Shown in pieces: positions 26,468 through 37,641 of a DNA stretch of 64,000 nucleotides (the stretch's first letter is position 1; every line of letters starts with the position of its first letter). The position numbers were made by a program, and so were the translations under genes. Source of the DNA: an uncultured Candidatus Saccharibacteria bacterium (lineage in GTDB: Bacteria; Patescibacteriota; Minisyncoccia; Phycocordibacterales; JACOZG01); NCBI GenBank assembly GCA_965230925.1, contig OZ246403.1, positions 530,230 through 594,229 on the forward strand, written 5' to 3'. The notes under the pieces are model-generated. The model was not told where the DNA came from, did not search any database, and was given only the letters and a program-made list of their open reading frames with translations.

Positions 26468-27472
26468 ATGAACTTTTGGCTTTTAATTTTGAGTCTTTTT
26501 GCGACGCCGAGCGCGGGTGTGGCGCTCAATTGGCAAACTGTTTCGACCCCGAGTCCTTGGACGGCGCGGGATGCTCAGGAGGTTTTTATTTGGGATGATC
26601 GTCTTTGGCTCACAGGTGGTCTTACTGGTGTTTGGGACAAGGCGCACAACCAGGTGAATTATTGGGACATGCCGCACTGGAATGATTTGTGGTCGAGTAA
26701 GGATGGCGAGATGTGGCAACGCGAGGCTGAACATCTTTCTTTCCCGCCCCGGCGATCACTTTCTGTTGTTTCGTTCAAAGACAAGCTTTGGATGCTCGGT
26801 GGTTGGAGTTCGCTCGATGGTTACAAGAGCGATGTTTGGACTTCGACAAATGGAAAAGACTGGCAGTGGCTTGTTTCTGCGGCACCGTGGAAGGCTCGTG
26901 AAGGGCAAACGCTGACGGTTTTTAATAATGAATTATGGTTACTTGGTGGAGTAAATTTTGATACCCGAGAAGTTTTTCATGACATTTGGTCGAGCGTTGA
27001 TGGCTTCACTTGGCAGTGGCGCGGGCAAGCTCCATGGTCTGGGCGTTATGATCATGCGGTTGAGGTTTTTGATAATCGTCTCTGGCTCACTGGTGGTTTG
27101 GATACGAGCGGCGAAGGTAAGAGCGATACTTGGGCTTCGGTTGATGGTCTAAGCTGGACGCTTGTTGACGCCAATGCTCTCTGGGGTAAACGGCATGGTC
27201 ATGAATTACTAGCGATCAAAGATCGCCTATGGCTTGTGAGTGGCTGGAACACCACCGCCGATCATGGGAGCGCGGAGGTTTGGTTGTCTAAAGACGGAGT
27301 GTTTTGGGAGAAAACGGCTGACACGCCAAAGTGGCTTGGTCGAGAAGATCATGCGATCATATTTTTCCGCGACAAACTCTGGCTCATGGGCGGCATGGCC
27401 GACGGCTTTGTTTGGCGTAATGATATTTGGTCAACCGCCGTGCCAGAGATCGAAATTGAGACTAACCCTTAA
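26468..27472 (+). CDS. secreted Kelch-repeat beta-propeller protein
   Basis: Signal peptide MNFWLLILSLFATPSAGVA. Six repeats carry the W...(D/N)xLWLxGG signature (DDRLWLTGG, DKLWMLGGW, NELWLLGGV, DNRLWLTGGL, KDRLWLVSGW, RDKLWLMGGM). The start codon is 6 nt from the divergent recG start. Confidence 0.55.
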   Translation: MNFWLLILSLFATPSAGVALNWQTVSTPSPWTARDAQEVFIWDDRLWLTGGLTGVWDKAHNQVNYWDMPHWNDLWSSKDGEMWQREAEHLSFPPRRSLSVVSFKDKLWMLGGWSSLDGYKSDVWTSTNGKDWQWLVSAAPWKAREGQTLTVFNNELWLLGGVNFDTREVFHDIWSSVDGFTWQWRGQAPWSGRYDHAVEVFDNRLWLTGGLDTSGEGKSDTWASVDGLSWTLVDANALWGKRHGHELLAIKDRLWLVSGWNTTADHGSAEVWLSKDGVFWEKTADTPKWLGREDHAIIFFRDKLWLMGGMADGFVWRNDIWSTAVPEIEIETNP

Positions 27473-27950
27473 TTTCAGGTAAGCTCTGAGTGGAGAGAAA
27501 ACGGATGGCAATTTCTCGGCCCGAGTTATCGCGTAGCGCTACGTCTACGGCAGGATCAAAGACCTTGTCACCGTTGTCGCTTAAGAGGAGAGCGTAATAA
27601 TATTTTCCTTCTTCGGTGAGTTCGAGTAAGTTTACTACGCCGGTGGTATCGGTGCCGGCGCTAAAGTATTGCGTGCCAATTGTTTTGCCGGGTGTTGCCC
27701 CTTCTTCGTCCGTAATAATTACCCAACCGCCAGCTGACGTGGTGACGGAAGAGACATACACAATCGCGCCGGGGAATTGATCGTTTACCATGAGGCTATT
27801 ATTGCGATTGGCTTGATTTGTCGGAATGCCGCCGACAGCCGCGGTATTACCATTGTTTTCTGGCGCACCTTTAAAGACCCAGAAGGAAATACCAAGGGCG
27901 ATAACCACTAATACAACAACAGTAACAACGAAATTTTTTGAGTTTTCCAT
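27462..27950 (-). CDS. hypothetical membrane-anchored protein (N-terminal TM, beta-rich ectodomain)
   Basis: 162-aa ORF with a VVTVVVLVVIALGISFWVF anchor. No recognisable family. Confidence 0.4.
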   Translation of the reverse strand: MENSKNFVVTVVVLVVIALGISFWVFKGAPENNGNTAAVGGIPTNQANRNNSLMVNDQFPGAIVYVSSVTTSAGGWVIITDEEGATPGKTIGTQYFSAGTDTTGVVNLLELTEEGKYYYALLLSDNGDKVFDPAVDVALRDNSGREIAIRFLSTQSLPEIKG

Positions 27951-28009
27951 GACCCTGATTGTACCACTCGCGGCTCATTTGGCAACCGTGATTCTGGTAT
28001 ACTTTTGCC

Positions 28010-29149
28010 ATGCGTTTAGTCATCGATCAAAGTGGTATAGCCGAAGCAAGATTGCAATCTACGGTAACAAGTTTGTATGAGTCATTACCGCAACTCGCTG
28101 AAGAACCGTTTTTCAAATTACCGAACGACGTTCAAGTTCTAGAACAGGTGCAAAAATTAGTGAAGGAGAAAATCACGCCCCATCTCAAATATATTATTCT
28201 CGTCGGCATTGGTGGCTCGAGTGAGGGTGCACAAGCGATTTATGAAGCCTTGGGTGTGGGCGGTAAGAAAAAAATAATTTTTCTCGAAGGCTTGGAACCC
28301 AATTTGCCGAGCACTTTGGCCGATTTGTTTTCACAGATTAAGCATCCGGAAGAAATTTTGGTAACAGTCATTAGTTTCAGTGGCACTACTGTTGAAACGC
28401 GACTTAATGCTGAGCTGGTGACAGCCGAGCTTGCCAAACGCTGGCCCAAAAATTACGAGGAACGCATAGTTCATGTTTCGCAACAAGCTGGAGCGGATCT
28501 CATGGTCCCACCCGGCATTGGTGGTCGTTACTCCCTTTTTGCCCACGATGTTCTCTTTCCGCTCGCCGCGGCCGGTATTGATATTGCCGCCCTGCGCGCT
28601 GGCGCCGCCGAGATTAGCGAGTGGCTCTTGGCACCGGACCTCTCGAACCCGGCTATTCTTCTCGCCGCGCTCGATTACCTCGCGCTGGAGGATGGTCGCG
28701 GCCTGCTCGTGGATTGGTTTGACCGGCCGAGCCTCGAGAGCCTCGGCAAGTGGGGGCGGCAACTCGTGGCCGAGAGTTTGGGTAAAGATGGCGATGGTCC
28801 CACGCCGCTTCTCGCCGTGGCCGAGAATGATCGCCACTCTCTTCTCCAGCTCGATCTCGGTGGGCCGGATAATAAATTTTTTCACTTCATTTCGACCGAT
28901 CGCGACACGGGGAATGAAAAAATAATCAAAGTAAAGCGCGCTATCAACGAGGCTGTGCTCCAGAGTTATCGCCGCGCGCGGCGGCCCTACCTCGAGCTCA
29001 TCTTGCCCGATCTCTCGCCGCGCTCCTTGGGCGCCTACTGCCAACTCCGCTTCGCCGCCACCGTGCTCTTTGCCCATCTCCTCGACGTGAACCCCTTCAA
29101 CCAGCCCGACGTGGAGGGGTATAAGAATTCACTGAAAGGTTTGCTATAA
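28010..29149 (+). CDS. pgi: glucose-6-phosphate isomerase (short form)
   Basis: PGI signatures VGIGGSSEG, ISFSGTTVETRLN (SKSGTT.ET) and GGRYSLFAHDVLFPLAAAGIDIAALRAGA (GGRYSLWSAIG...). Confidence 0.75.
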   Translation: MRLVIDQSGIAEARLQSTVTSLYESLPQLAEEPFFKLPNDVQVLEQVQKLVKEKITPHLKYIILVGIGGSSEGAQAIYEALGVGGKKKIIFLEGLEPNLPSTLADLFSQIKHPEEILVTVISFSGTTVETRLNAELVTAELAKRWPKNYEERIVHVSQQAGADLMVPPGIGGRYSLFAHDVLFPLAAAGIDIAALRAGAAEISEWLLAPDLSNPAILLAALDYLALEDGRGLLVDWFDRPSLESLGKWGRQLVAESLGKDGDGPTPLLAVAENDRHSLLQLDLGGPDNKFFHFISTDRDTGNEKIIKVKRAINEAVLQSYRRARRPYLELILPDLSPRSLGAYCQLRFAATVLFAHLLDVNPFNQPDVEGYKNSLKGLL

Positions 29150-29156
29150 TCCGACC

Positions 29157-29969
29157 ATGGCCTATCTTTTATTCGACATCGGTGGGACGAAAACGCGGTT
29201 GGCGCTCTCGGAAGACGGCAAGACATTTGGCGTGCCGGAGATTTTTGCGACGCCGAAGAACTTTGATGAAGGGATGCGGATGATTGAGGAGCGGGCGAGG
29301 ACCTTGGCGGAAGGGCAGGAGCTGGAGCGAGCCGCGGGCGGTATTTCTGGCACACTTAATCCCGATAAGACCACGCTCACTCACGCTACTCACTTGCCTG
29401 AATGGGTTAATGAGCCGCTCTTAGAACGTTTGCAAATTGCGCTCGACACCACGGTGACACTGGAGAATGATACAGCGGTGGTTGGTTTGGGCGAGGCGAT
29501 GGCTGGTGCGGGACGAGGGTTTGGCGTGGTGGTCTATCTCACGGTGAGCACGGGTGTTGGCGGAGTTAAAATTGAGCGGGGGAAGATTGATAGCCACACT
29601 TTCGGTTTCGAACCTGGTTTTCAGATTATTAATGAAGCGACGGGGGAGACGCTTGAGAGTGCGATCTCGGGCACGGCAATTGCGAAGAAGTATGGCAAGG
29701 CGCCGCGAGAGATCACGGACCAGGCCGTGTGGGATGAATGCGCGCGGATTCTCGCCGTGGGTGTGCACAACGCGATTCTTCATTGGTCGCCGGAGGTGGT
29801 GGTGATTGGTGGCAGTATGATGAAGGCGCCAGCGGGGATTAATGTGGCGGCAGTGACTGAACACTTGGCTAAATTACCTAATCCTTTGCCCGTTTATCCG
29901 CCCCTCAAGGCCGCGGCGCTCGGTGATTTGGGTGGCATCCACGGCGCTCTCGCTTTGCTCTCGGAGTAA
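29157..29969 (+). CDS. ROK-family sugar kinase (putative glucokinase)
   Basis: N-terminal LFDIGGTKTRLAL (ROK/glucokinase ATP-binding motif). 270 aa. Adjacent to pgi. Confidence 0.7.
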   Translation: MAYLLFDIGGTKTRLALSEDGKTFGVPEIFATPKNFDEGMRMIEERARTLAEGQELERAAGGISGTLNPDKTTLTHATHLPEWVNEPLLERLQIALDTTVTLENDTAVVGLGEAMAGAGRGFGVVVYLTVSTGVGGVKIERGKIDSHTFGFEPGFQIINEATGETLESAISGTAIAKKYGKAPREITDQAVWDECARILAVGVHNAILHWSPEVVVIGGSMMKAPAGINVAAVTEHLAKLPNPLPVYPPLKAAALGDLGGIHGALALLSE

Positions 29970-29988
29970 GGCGGTTTATACTATCGGC

Positions 29989-32900
29989 ATGAAAATTCAT
30001 CGCCGATTTTTTGTTGCTCTTTTATTAATTACTTTATTAGTTCCCGCTGTTAGTCGCGCACAAACCTCGCTTGATTTACTCCGAAGTTTTCTCAACATTC
30101 TTCAGATGCGTCTTGCGGGGACTGGTGGTGGCATGAACGCCGCGCCACGGCCTATTGGCGACTCGGGGATCCACATGCCAGAGGATGCCACTATTTTCCA
30201 AGGAGTTCAGCCAGCTATAAGCCCTGCTCCAATTCCTAACCGTGAACCGAATGCCAATGCTGGTGCGGATCAAACCCTTGCCCCGGGTGTGACCCAAGTT
30301 ACCCTCAATGGTTCTCTGTCGAGCGACTCTGATGGTCAAATTGTTTCTTATGTTTGGCGCAAGGGAAATTTTGTAGTGGGAACGGTGATGAATCCAACCA
30401 TTTCTCTCCCGGTAGGAACGCACACTATTACCCTCACGGTCACTGACGATGACGGGGCGCGTGATACCGATAGTGTAAACATTACAATAACCCCACCTGA
30501 CCAGAATCAAGAGCCTGTTGCCAACGCTGGTCCGGATCAGGTGGCCAATACGGGGACGCTTGTTTCTTTCAACGGAGCAAACTCAATAGATCCTGATGGT
30601 ACTATTACCCAACACCATTGGGATTTCGGTGACGGTGCTAGTATGGACGGGGCGACAGCTTTTCATACATACAGTACCCCTGCTGTACATACTGCCAGGC
30701 TTACCGTTACTGATGATGATGGGGCAACTGACGATGATACTGCTCTGATCACGGTGAGTATCGCTGACCCCTGCTCCTCCAACCTTCTTCCTGCCGCAAG
30801 CGCTGGCACTGACCAAACCGTTACCGAAGGCGCTACCGTTTCTTTCACCGGCACCGGTCTCGATCTTGATGGCACTATTACGGGTTACGCTTGGAACTTC
30901 GGTGACGGCAGCACTGGAAGTGGAGTAACACCCACCCACGTTTACACCACCACCGGTGTCTACACCGCCACTCTCACTGTCACGGATAATTGTGGTGCGT
31001 CGGCGAGTGACACCAGTACAATTACCATCAATGGAGTTAATTCTTGCGTTGATAATTCCGCTCCTCTTGCTAACGCGGGGATGGATCGTGTTGTTGGTGT
31101 TGGGGAAACGATATCCTTTAGTGGTTTAGATTCTGTTGATCCAAATATGGGAGACACTATTTTGAGTTACATGTGGTCTTTTGGGGATGGTTTTGGTGGG
31201 GTGTTTGGCGCTAACCAGAATCATGTTTATGACGAACCGGGAACTTATATTGCCCACTTGGTTGTGAAGGATGAATGCCAGTTTGTTCATTCTGATTCGG
31301 TTGAAATAACGGTTTTGGGTGTTCAGAACACCCCGCCCACTATCGTTTCAGTTTCTGGTGGCCCTACAACCATTACTTGGCCAAACAATTTCACTACTTT
31401 TTCTGCGGTGGTTACTGATGACCACCCTGAAATGCTGGTTTATCAGTGGGTTAAAGAAAGTGATTCCCAAGCAGAGGCGATACTAGAGCAATATTCTTTA
31501 ACGACCCCAGTATCTTTTCCCACAAAAAATAAAATTTACAAGTATCGTCTAAAGGTAACTGATAATGGGATTAGTGGAAGTGCGCCAGTTTTGTCAGACT
31601 TGATATCAATCTTTGTAGCAAATGGTTCTGGGTCTTGTTCGAATAACCACGTTCCAAATCTTACTGCAAACCCATCGGGTAACATCGGTGCGCAGGTAAA
31701 CCAAAATATAATTTTTTCTGGTTCAGCTACGGATCAAGATTCTGGACAAACCATAACTTATAAATGGAATTTTGGTGATGGTAGTGCCGAGATTGAGCAG
31801 GCGAATACAAATCATGCGTACAACACCTCCGGTGTTTATCTGGCTTATTTAACTGCCAGAGACAGTTGTGGTTCCGTGTCGATTAAACCTTCACGCATTG
31901 ATGTTTCTTCTTTGCAGGCAGAGTATTCTGTAAGTCGTCTGCTAGAGACAGAATGGGGTCGTCTAGTTTGGTCACCGTCAATTAATTTAGGTAGCGAAAC
32001 TGTCTCTAAAAACGAGTTTCTAAAGTTCAATGGCACCCTGTCTACGGGAGGACCATTTTCTCTACTAAGTTGGTTGTTTGGTGATGGGGGATTTGAGACG
32101 GGAGAAGTGGTTTATCATCAATATGATGATGTTGGTAATTATGGTGCCGCCCTATCTGTGTTTAGTCCTACGCAACAGAATATTTCGACCAACACAAAAA
32201 CGGTAAACGTGACAAATAAGATGACCTTCCTCGACGCCATGGGTCTAGCCGACGATTCTTCCATGGACATCGTCGCTCTCGGTTCCTACGCCTACACCAC
32301 CCACTCTACTGGTCTTCTCACTACTCTAGACATTTCTAACCCCAGCAATATGCAGATTACCAGCGCGTTCTCTGCTCCTATTGGTCGAGCGATCGCCGCC
32401 GCCAACAATCATGTTTATGTTGGCGCCTCCAGTCTTGGCCTCACCACGTACACCGCTACGGCTAACCCCACCTTTGTCGGTACCTACAACACCAACACGG
32501 TCGATGGTCAAAGCGTTCGAGACTTGATGGCTGAAGGCAAAGTGGTTTTCATGGCTGCTGGTCCGGCTGGTCTCAAGATTGTGAATATGAGTGACCCGGC
32601 CAATCCCACGGTTATTGCTTCAAAACTTTTGCCCAATAATGCTACGGCTGAAGTAATTCTGATTCAAGACGGCAGAGCCTATATCGCTGATACCTCAATG
32701 CGTGTTCACATCTACGATATCTCAATGATTAATGTGAATAATCCTGTGCCAGCTAACCCGATTCTTATTTCTACTCTTTCCCCCGGCTGGAATGTACACC
32801 AACTCGCTAGGGTGGGTGACGACACATTGGTTGCCCAAGCCAATCCCGGTGGTATGCATATTTATGATATTACTAACCCCGCAAGCCCCATTTTCCTCAC

Positions 32901-33189
32901 CAATTATGATTACTCTTCTGACGCTGGCGGTTTGTCTCCCGGTGGTATTCTTGGAACGGAAGACGGCTCCCTCTACGCTACCATGGGTCAAGTGATCGGT
33001 ATCGGCACTAGTGTGGCGCGAGTGAGCCTCCACAACCCTAGCGAACCCCGGATCATGGAATGGCTATCCCTCAATTCACAGGTAGCTGGTATCAACCGCG
33101 GACCATTCTTTGCCAATGATGATGTTTATGGGCGCATTCTTCTAATGGCCAATAGCAAGTACAAGGCGGTGGCGGTGGATGTGCCGTAG
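29989..33189 (+). CDS. giant secreted protein: multiple PKD domains + C-terminal LVIVD-repeat beta-propeller-like region (copy 1)
   Basis: Start at MKIHRRFFVALLLITLLVPAVSRAQ. Repeated WDFGDG...HVY...GTYTATLTVTD units (PKD). C-terminal repeats of the form AGPAGLKIVNMSDPANP / YDISMINVNNPVP / YDITNPASP resemble the LVIVD repeat. Confidence 0.7.
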   Translation: MKIHRRFFVALLLITLLVPAVSRAQTSLDLLRSFLNILQMRLAGTGGGMNAAPRPIGDSGIHMPEDATIFQGVQPAISPAPIPNREPNANAGADQTLAPGVTQVTLNGSLSSDSDGQIVSYVWRKGNFVVGTVMNPTISLPVGTHTITLTVTDDDGARDTDSVNITITPPDQNQEPVANAGPDQVANTGTLVSFNGANSIDPDGTITQHHWDFGDGASMDGATAFHTYSTPAVHTARLTVTDDDGATDDDTALITVSIADPCSSNLLPAASAGTDQTVTEGATVSFTGTGLDLDGTITGYAWNFGDGSTGSGVTPTHVYTTTGVYTATLTVTDNCGASASDTSTITINGVNSCVDNSAPLANAGMDRVVGVGETISFSGLDSVDPNMGDTILSYMWSFGDGFGGVFGANQNHVYDEPGTYIAHLVVKDECQFVHSDSVEITVLGVQNTPPTIVSVSGGPTTITWPNNFTTFSAVVTDDHPEMLVYQWVKESDSQAEAILEQYSLTTPVSFPTKNKIYKYRLKVTDNGISGSAPVLSDLISIFVANGSGSCSNNHVPNLTANPSGNIGAQVNQNIIFSGSATDQDSGQTITYKWNFGDGSAEIEQANTNHAYNTSGVYLAYLTARDSCGSVSIKPSRIDVSSLQAEYSVSRLLETEWGRLVWSPSINLGSETVSKNEFLKFNGTLSTGGPFSLLSWLFGDGGFETGEVVYHQYDDVGNYGAALSVFSPTQQNISTNTKTVNVTNKMTFLDAMGLADDSSMDIVALGSYAYTTHSTGLLTTLDISNPSNMQITSAFSAPIGRAIAAANNHVYVGASSLGLTTYTATANPTFVGTYNTNTVDGQSVRDLMAEGKVVFMAAGPAGLKIVNMSDPANPTVIASKLLPNNATAEVILIQDGRAYIADTSMRVHIYDISMINVNNPVPANPILISTLSPGWNVHQLARVGDDTLVAQANPGGMHIYDITNPASPIFLTNYDYSSDAGGLSPGGILGTEDGSLYATMGQVIGIGTSVARVSLHNPSEPRIMEWLSLNSQVAGINRGPFFANDDVYGRILLMANSKYKAVAVDVP

Positions 33190-33291
33190 GAGTTAGTTGG
33201 TAAATGTTGCCGACTAAGTAAATTTCTTCTCCAGTTTTGGTTATCAACAGCATTCTATACCGCTTCAAATAAGGCGGTTTATACTATCAAC

Positions 33292-36200
33292 ATGAAAATT
33301 CATCGCCGATTTTTTGTTGCTCTTTTACTAATTACTTTGTTAATTCCCACCGTCTCCCGGGCGCAGACCTCACTTGATCTTCTTCGGAGCTTTTTGAATA
33401 TTCTTCAGATGCAACTTTCTGGAGCCGGGGGCGGGATGAATGCTGCGCCACGACCACCCATCGAGCCACCCGGTTGGTTTTTGGATGAATATGATGCGAA
33501 TGTTCAGTTAGAGAATCATACTAGCTTATCACCCACACCCAACCAAGATCCTATTGCCCATGCTGGTGCGGATCAAACCCTTGCCCCGGGTGTGACCCAA
33601 GTTACCCTCAATGGTTCTTTGTCGAGTGACTCCGATGGTCAGATTGTTTCTTATGTTTGGCGCCGCGGCAGCTCGGTGGTTGGTCTTTCTGTAAACCCGA
33701 CGATTTCTTCTCTCGCTGTTGGTACCCACACCATTACGCTCACAGTTATTGACGATGATGGCGCCCGCGATACCGACAGTGTAAACATTACGATTACTGC
33801 CGCTCCTGATCCTTGTCTCAACAATCAAGCACCGACCGCTGTGCTTCAAGGACCGGCTACCGGCGAAATCAATCAAAACCTATTGTTCTCCGGGTTTCTC
33901 TCGACTGATCCTGAAACTGAACTTGGTTCACTACAATATCGCTTTACCTTTGGCGACGGTGTTGTGTCTGAATGGCAAAGTGCCACCGCAGATATTTTCC
34001 ATCATTACACTGCTGCTGGTATTTACACTGTTTCTTTGGAAGTTCGTGACTCTTGTGGGGCCATCGATGTTTCTGAACCACGACAAGTCGATATTGCTCC
34101 GAACCAAGCTCCTGTTGCCGATGCTGGCCCCGACCAGGTTGCCGATGCCGGGTCGCTAGTTTCTTTCTACGGCAACAATTCCTATGACCCTGACCTTTGG
34201 GGTGCGATTACCGAATACCACTGGGATTTTGGCGATGGTGCCAGCATGAATGGTCAAAGCGCTTTTCACGTCTACAGTACTCCCGCAATTTACACCGCTA
34301 CTCTCACCGTGACTGATGATGGTGGTGCTATTGATAATGACACTGCCCTGATCACAGTAAGCGTTTCTAATCCCTGCGCTAATAATAATCCACCCACGGC
34401 AAGTGCTGGTCTTGACCAAACGATCAATGAGGATACTTCTGTCTTTTTCGCCGGTTCTGGTACCGACACTGATGGTACCATCACTAGCTATGTTTGGGAC
34501 TTCGGTGATGGTGATACTGGAAACGGAGCAACTCCCACCCACGTTTACACTACTCCTGGATCATATTTTGCTACCCTCACGGTGACCGACAATTGTGGCG
34601 CCACCAGCTCTGATCAAGCTACTGTGACCGTTACAAGTTCAGCCCCTGCTCAAGTCCCACCTCGTGTTAATGCTGGTGTTGACCAAAGTAATCTCTCTTT
34701 CCCTACCACCGTTTCTTTGACCGGGTCAGTTGTCGGTTTCCCTGCCGGTTACAGTGTTGTGTGGACTAAAGTAGCTGGTCCCGGTACGGTTAATTTCTCA
34801 AATGGCAGCGGTCTTCAAACAAACGCCACCTTCTCAGCCGCCGGTCTCTACACCCTTAAGCTTACTGCAACCTCAGGTAGCTTAACCAGATCTGATACCG
34901 TTCAAATTGTTTTCAATCAAACAGTTTCAGTTAACGCTGGTCCTGACCGGATTCTCAATCTTTCGACCAGTAATCACCAAGGGTCCATTACCCTTGATGC
35001 TTCGGTAACAGCGAGTGACCCCGCTCCACTCTCATATTCTTGGTCTCAGGTTTCTGGACCATCTCAGCTCTCTATTACTGATAATCAAATTGCCGACATT
35101 GCCATTTCTTCTACTAAGGCCGGAACATATGTCTTGCGCTTGTTGGTGTCTGGTCCTGGTGTTATTCCGGTCCAGGACACCATGACACTCTTTGTTCGTG
35201 ACTTAGAGGCCGGAGAAACTAAAACTGTTGTTTGGCCAGCAACTGCCACTCTCTCAGGTGTTGCCACCAATTTCCCGACTGATACCACCTATCAATGGTC
35301 ACAGCAATCCGGTCCGGCAAATGGTGCCGTGTTCTCTCCCCCCAACAGCTTAAGCACCACAGTGAGTTTTCCTTCTCAACCCTCTGCGAGCGGAGACATT
35401 TACCAGTTACGTCTCACTGCTACTCCGCCAGGTGAGTCACCAATCATCGACACCGTTCAGGTTAATGTTAATCCAACCGGTAGTTTGGGTGTTAATGCCG
35501 GACCAGATCAATTAAACCTGGTATTTACTTCGCCCTCAGCTACGATCAACCTTACTGGTACAGCGGTTAATGTCCCTTCTGGTACCGCCTACAAATGGAC
35601 GAGAACCTCAGGTCCTGCTGCAGGAGTTGTGTTTTCACCTAGCGATACAGTTCTTAGTCCCACAGTGACCTTAACCCAAGCTGGGAATTACACCTTCCAA
35701 CTAAAAGCCACGCCCCCAGCTGGAGTTCAGATGATTGATTCAGTGAATATTACTTTCAATCTTAACCCTACCAATGTTCTCGCTGAAGCATCGCCTCATT
35801 ACTTAACCTGGCCTAATGATTCAACGAGCTTAAACACTCACTTCTCTGATTCTAATCCTGGGGTGGTAAATGCCGCCTGGACGCAATATTCTGGGCCAAC
35901 GGGTGGAAACACCACGTTTGCTAATGAAAATGCTTTCGATACCACGGCGACCTTCAATCAAACCGGGCAATTCGGTCTTAGGGTTGTGCTTAATGATGGG
36001 TTAGCTTTTTCACCACAAGACGAAATTTCAGTTAATGTCTATCCCGCTTGTGATGCAAACAATCAACCACCAGTAGCTTCAGGTAGTTATGATCAATGGG
36101 CGCAAGTTAATCACCCGGTACCTTTGTCTGGGTCTGCACCCATTGCCTCCAGTGACTCCGACGGTCTCATTGCTTCACATTACTGGGATTTTGGAGACGG

Positions 36201-37641
36201 AAGTTTTGCGGTCGGGAGTTCCCTTTCCCATAGCTACAGTCAGCCAGGAACCTATACTGCTACTCTGACTGTGGCTGATAATTGTGGGCAGGTAGCTACC
36301 AAAGAAATTAAAGTTCACGTTATACCCGTTACTCCTGGGGCCTTCAACCCAATTCTCAAACTTTATAAACTCGAGACAGTAAACCCAATTACCGGTGAAG
36401 AAAACTGGACCGAGCTTGTGGGAAACAATCTCGCGGTGAGCACTGGTGATTTCATCCGCTTCGATTTGCTTTCTAGTACCGGTAGCCTCGGTTTATTTAG
36501 CTGGAGTACCAATGCTGGTGCTGGAGAATCTCAGTCATTCTACGGTGGTCTTGCTAACTTTATCCGTTTCATCGAACCGAGTGATAACAATTCTCCGTAT
36601 CAGTTGAATGTTACTGTCTACTCTGAAGATTTTTCCTCCCAAGTTAATTTCACGAGAACCATTGAAGCAAACAATCTTCTCACTTTCCTGGATGATGGTA
36701 GTCCGATTAACGGAGAAAATTCTTTTGATGTGGCGGTAGATGGTAATTTGGCTTTTACCGCGCACAACAATAGTCTGTTGAGCAAAATCGATATCACCAA
36801 TCTTCCTAATATTCAAGTAGTAAATTCTGTTAGTGCGCCCGGAGGTCAAACAGCCATTGCTGCTTCCAATAACCACGTGTATGTTGGTGCCGGTAATCAG
36901 GGAATATTTATCTACCGTCAAGATGATCTTGATCACCTTACGACCTATAACACTTCTGGTCAGGATGGACAGAGTGTCCGTGATCTTTACGCGAGAGGCA
37001 AGGTTGTTATCGTGGCTGCTGGTAATCCGGGGATCAAGGTGCTTGATATGACTAATCCTGCTCAGCCAAACCTGATTGCGAATATCGACCTCCCTCTGGC
37101 TAATGATAGCGCTTCTCGTTTAGTGGTGACTGGTAGTCGGCTATATGTTTCTAGTGTCAATCGGGTTTATGTCTACGATATTTCTGGCCTTAACTTTAAT
37201 AACCCTCAGCCCTTTACTCTTCAGTTACTAGGGACGCTGGCGATGAATGCTCCTGGAGTTTCTGTGTTTGGGATATATGTTTCTGGAGATATCTTACTCG
37301 TTGATGGCGGTGGAAAAATGTTCCTTTACAGCTTGGTAGATCTCTCAAACATCGTTCAGGTTGGCTACTTTGATCCCGGCATTCAACAGGCGGGCATGTT
37401 TTCTGTTTTTGACGGTCGCGCTTACTTTACGACGGGACCGATTTCTGGCTATGGCACATCAGTCTTTCGCGTTGATGTGGCAAACCCATCTTCCCCACAG
37501 ATTGTAGAAACTCTATCCCCTCAAGTAATTTCTGGGACGTTAAGAAATCCGGTTTTGCATGATGTGGGAGGGGGTCTAGGGAAAGTATTCTTCTACGCGG
37601 CGTCGGAGGATGTGATTGTGGCGATTGATGTTGCCGACTAA
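33292..37641 (+). CDS. giant secreted protein: multiple PKD domains + C-terminal LVIVD-repeat region (copy 2, tandem paralog)
   Basis: Same N-terminus (MKIHRRFFVALLLITLLIPTVSRAQTSLDLLRSFLNILQM). Same PKD and LVIVD architecture, 1449 aa. Flanking non-coding sequence is also duplicated. Confidence 0.7.
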   Translation: MKIHRRFFVALLLITLLIPTVSRAQTSLDLLRSFLNILQMQLSGAGGGMNAAPRPPIEPPGWFLDEYDANVQLENHTSLSPTPNQDPIAHAGADQTLAPGVTQVTLNGSLSSDSDGQIVSYVWRRGSSVVGLSVNPTISSLAVGTHTITLTVIDDDGARDTDSVNITITAAPDPCLNNQAPTAVLQGPATGEINQNLLFSGFLSTDPETELGSLQYRFTFGDGVVSEWQSATADIFHHYTAAGIYTVSLEVRDSCGAIDVSEPRQVDIAPNQAPVADAGPDQVADAGSLVSFYGNNSYDPDLWGAITEYHWDFGDGASMNGQSAFHVYSTPAIYTATLTVTDDGGAIDNDTALITVSVSNPCANNNPPTASAGLDQTINEDTSVFFAGSGTDTDGTITSYVWDFGDGDTGNGATPTHVYTTPGSYFATLTVTDNCGATSSDQATVTVTSSAPAQVPPRVNAGVDQSNLSFPTTVSLTGSVVGFPAGYSVVWTKVAGPGTVNFSNGSGLQTNATFSAAGLYTLKLTATSGSLTRSDTVQIVFNQTVSVNAGPDRILNLSTSNHQGSITLDASVTASDPAPLSYSWSQVSGPSQLSITDNQIADIAISSTKAGTYVLRLLVSGPGVIPVQDTMTLFVRDLEAGETKTVVWPATATLSGVATNFPTDTTYQWSQQSGPANGAVFSPPNSLSTTVSFPSQPSASGDIYQLRLTATPPGESPIIDTVQVNVNPTGSLGVNAGPDQLNLVFTSPSATINLTGTAVNVPSGTAYKWTRTSGPAAGVVFSPSDTVLSPTVTLTQAGNYTFQLKATPPAGVQMIDSVNITFNLNPTNVLAEASPHYLTWPNDSTSLNTHFSDSNPGVVNAAWTQYSGPTGGNTTFANENAFDTTATFNQTGQFGLRVVLNDGLAFSPQDEISVNVYPACDANNQPPVASGSYDQWAQVNHPVPLSGSAPIASSDSDGLIASHYWDFGDGSFAVGSSLSHSYSQPGTYTATLTVADNCGQVATKEIKVHVIPVTPGAFNPILKLYKLETVNPITGEENWTELVGNNLAVSTGDFIRFDLLSSTGSLGLFSWSTNAGAGESQSFYGGLANFIRFIEPSDNNSPYQLNVTVYSEDFSSQVNFTRTIEANNLLTFLDDGSPINGENSFDVAVDGNLAFTAHNNSLLSKIDITNLPNIQVVNSVSAPGGQTAIAASNNHVYVGAGNQGIFIYRQDDLDHLTTYNTSGQDGQSVRDLYARGKVVIVAAGNPGIKVLDMTNPAQPNLIANIDLPLANDSASRLVVTGSRLYVSSVNRVYVYDISGLNFNNPQPFTLQLLGTLAMNAPGVSVFGIYVSGDILLVDGGGKMFLYSLVDLSNIVQVGYFDPGIQQAGMFSVFDGRAYFTTGPISGYGTSVFRVDVANPSSPQIVETLSPQVISGTLRNPVLHDVGGGLGKVFFYAASEDVIVAIDVAD

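Noticed and set aside
28331-29077. 248-aa minus-strand ORF inside pgi
   Set aside because: It is antisense to a CDS carrying canonical PGI motifs.
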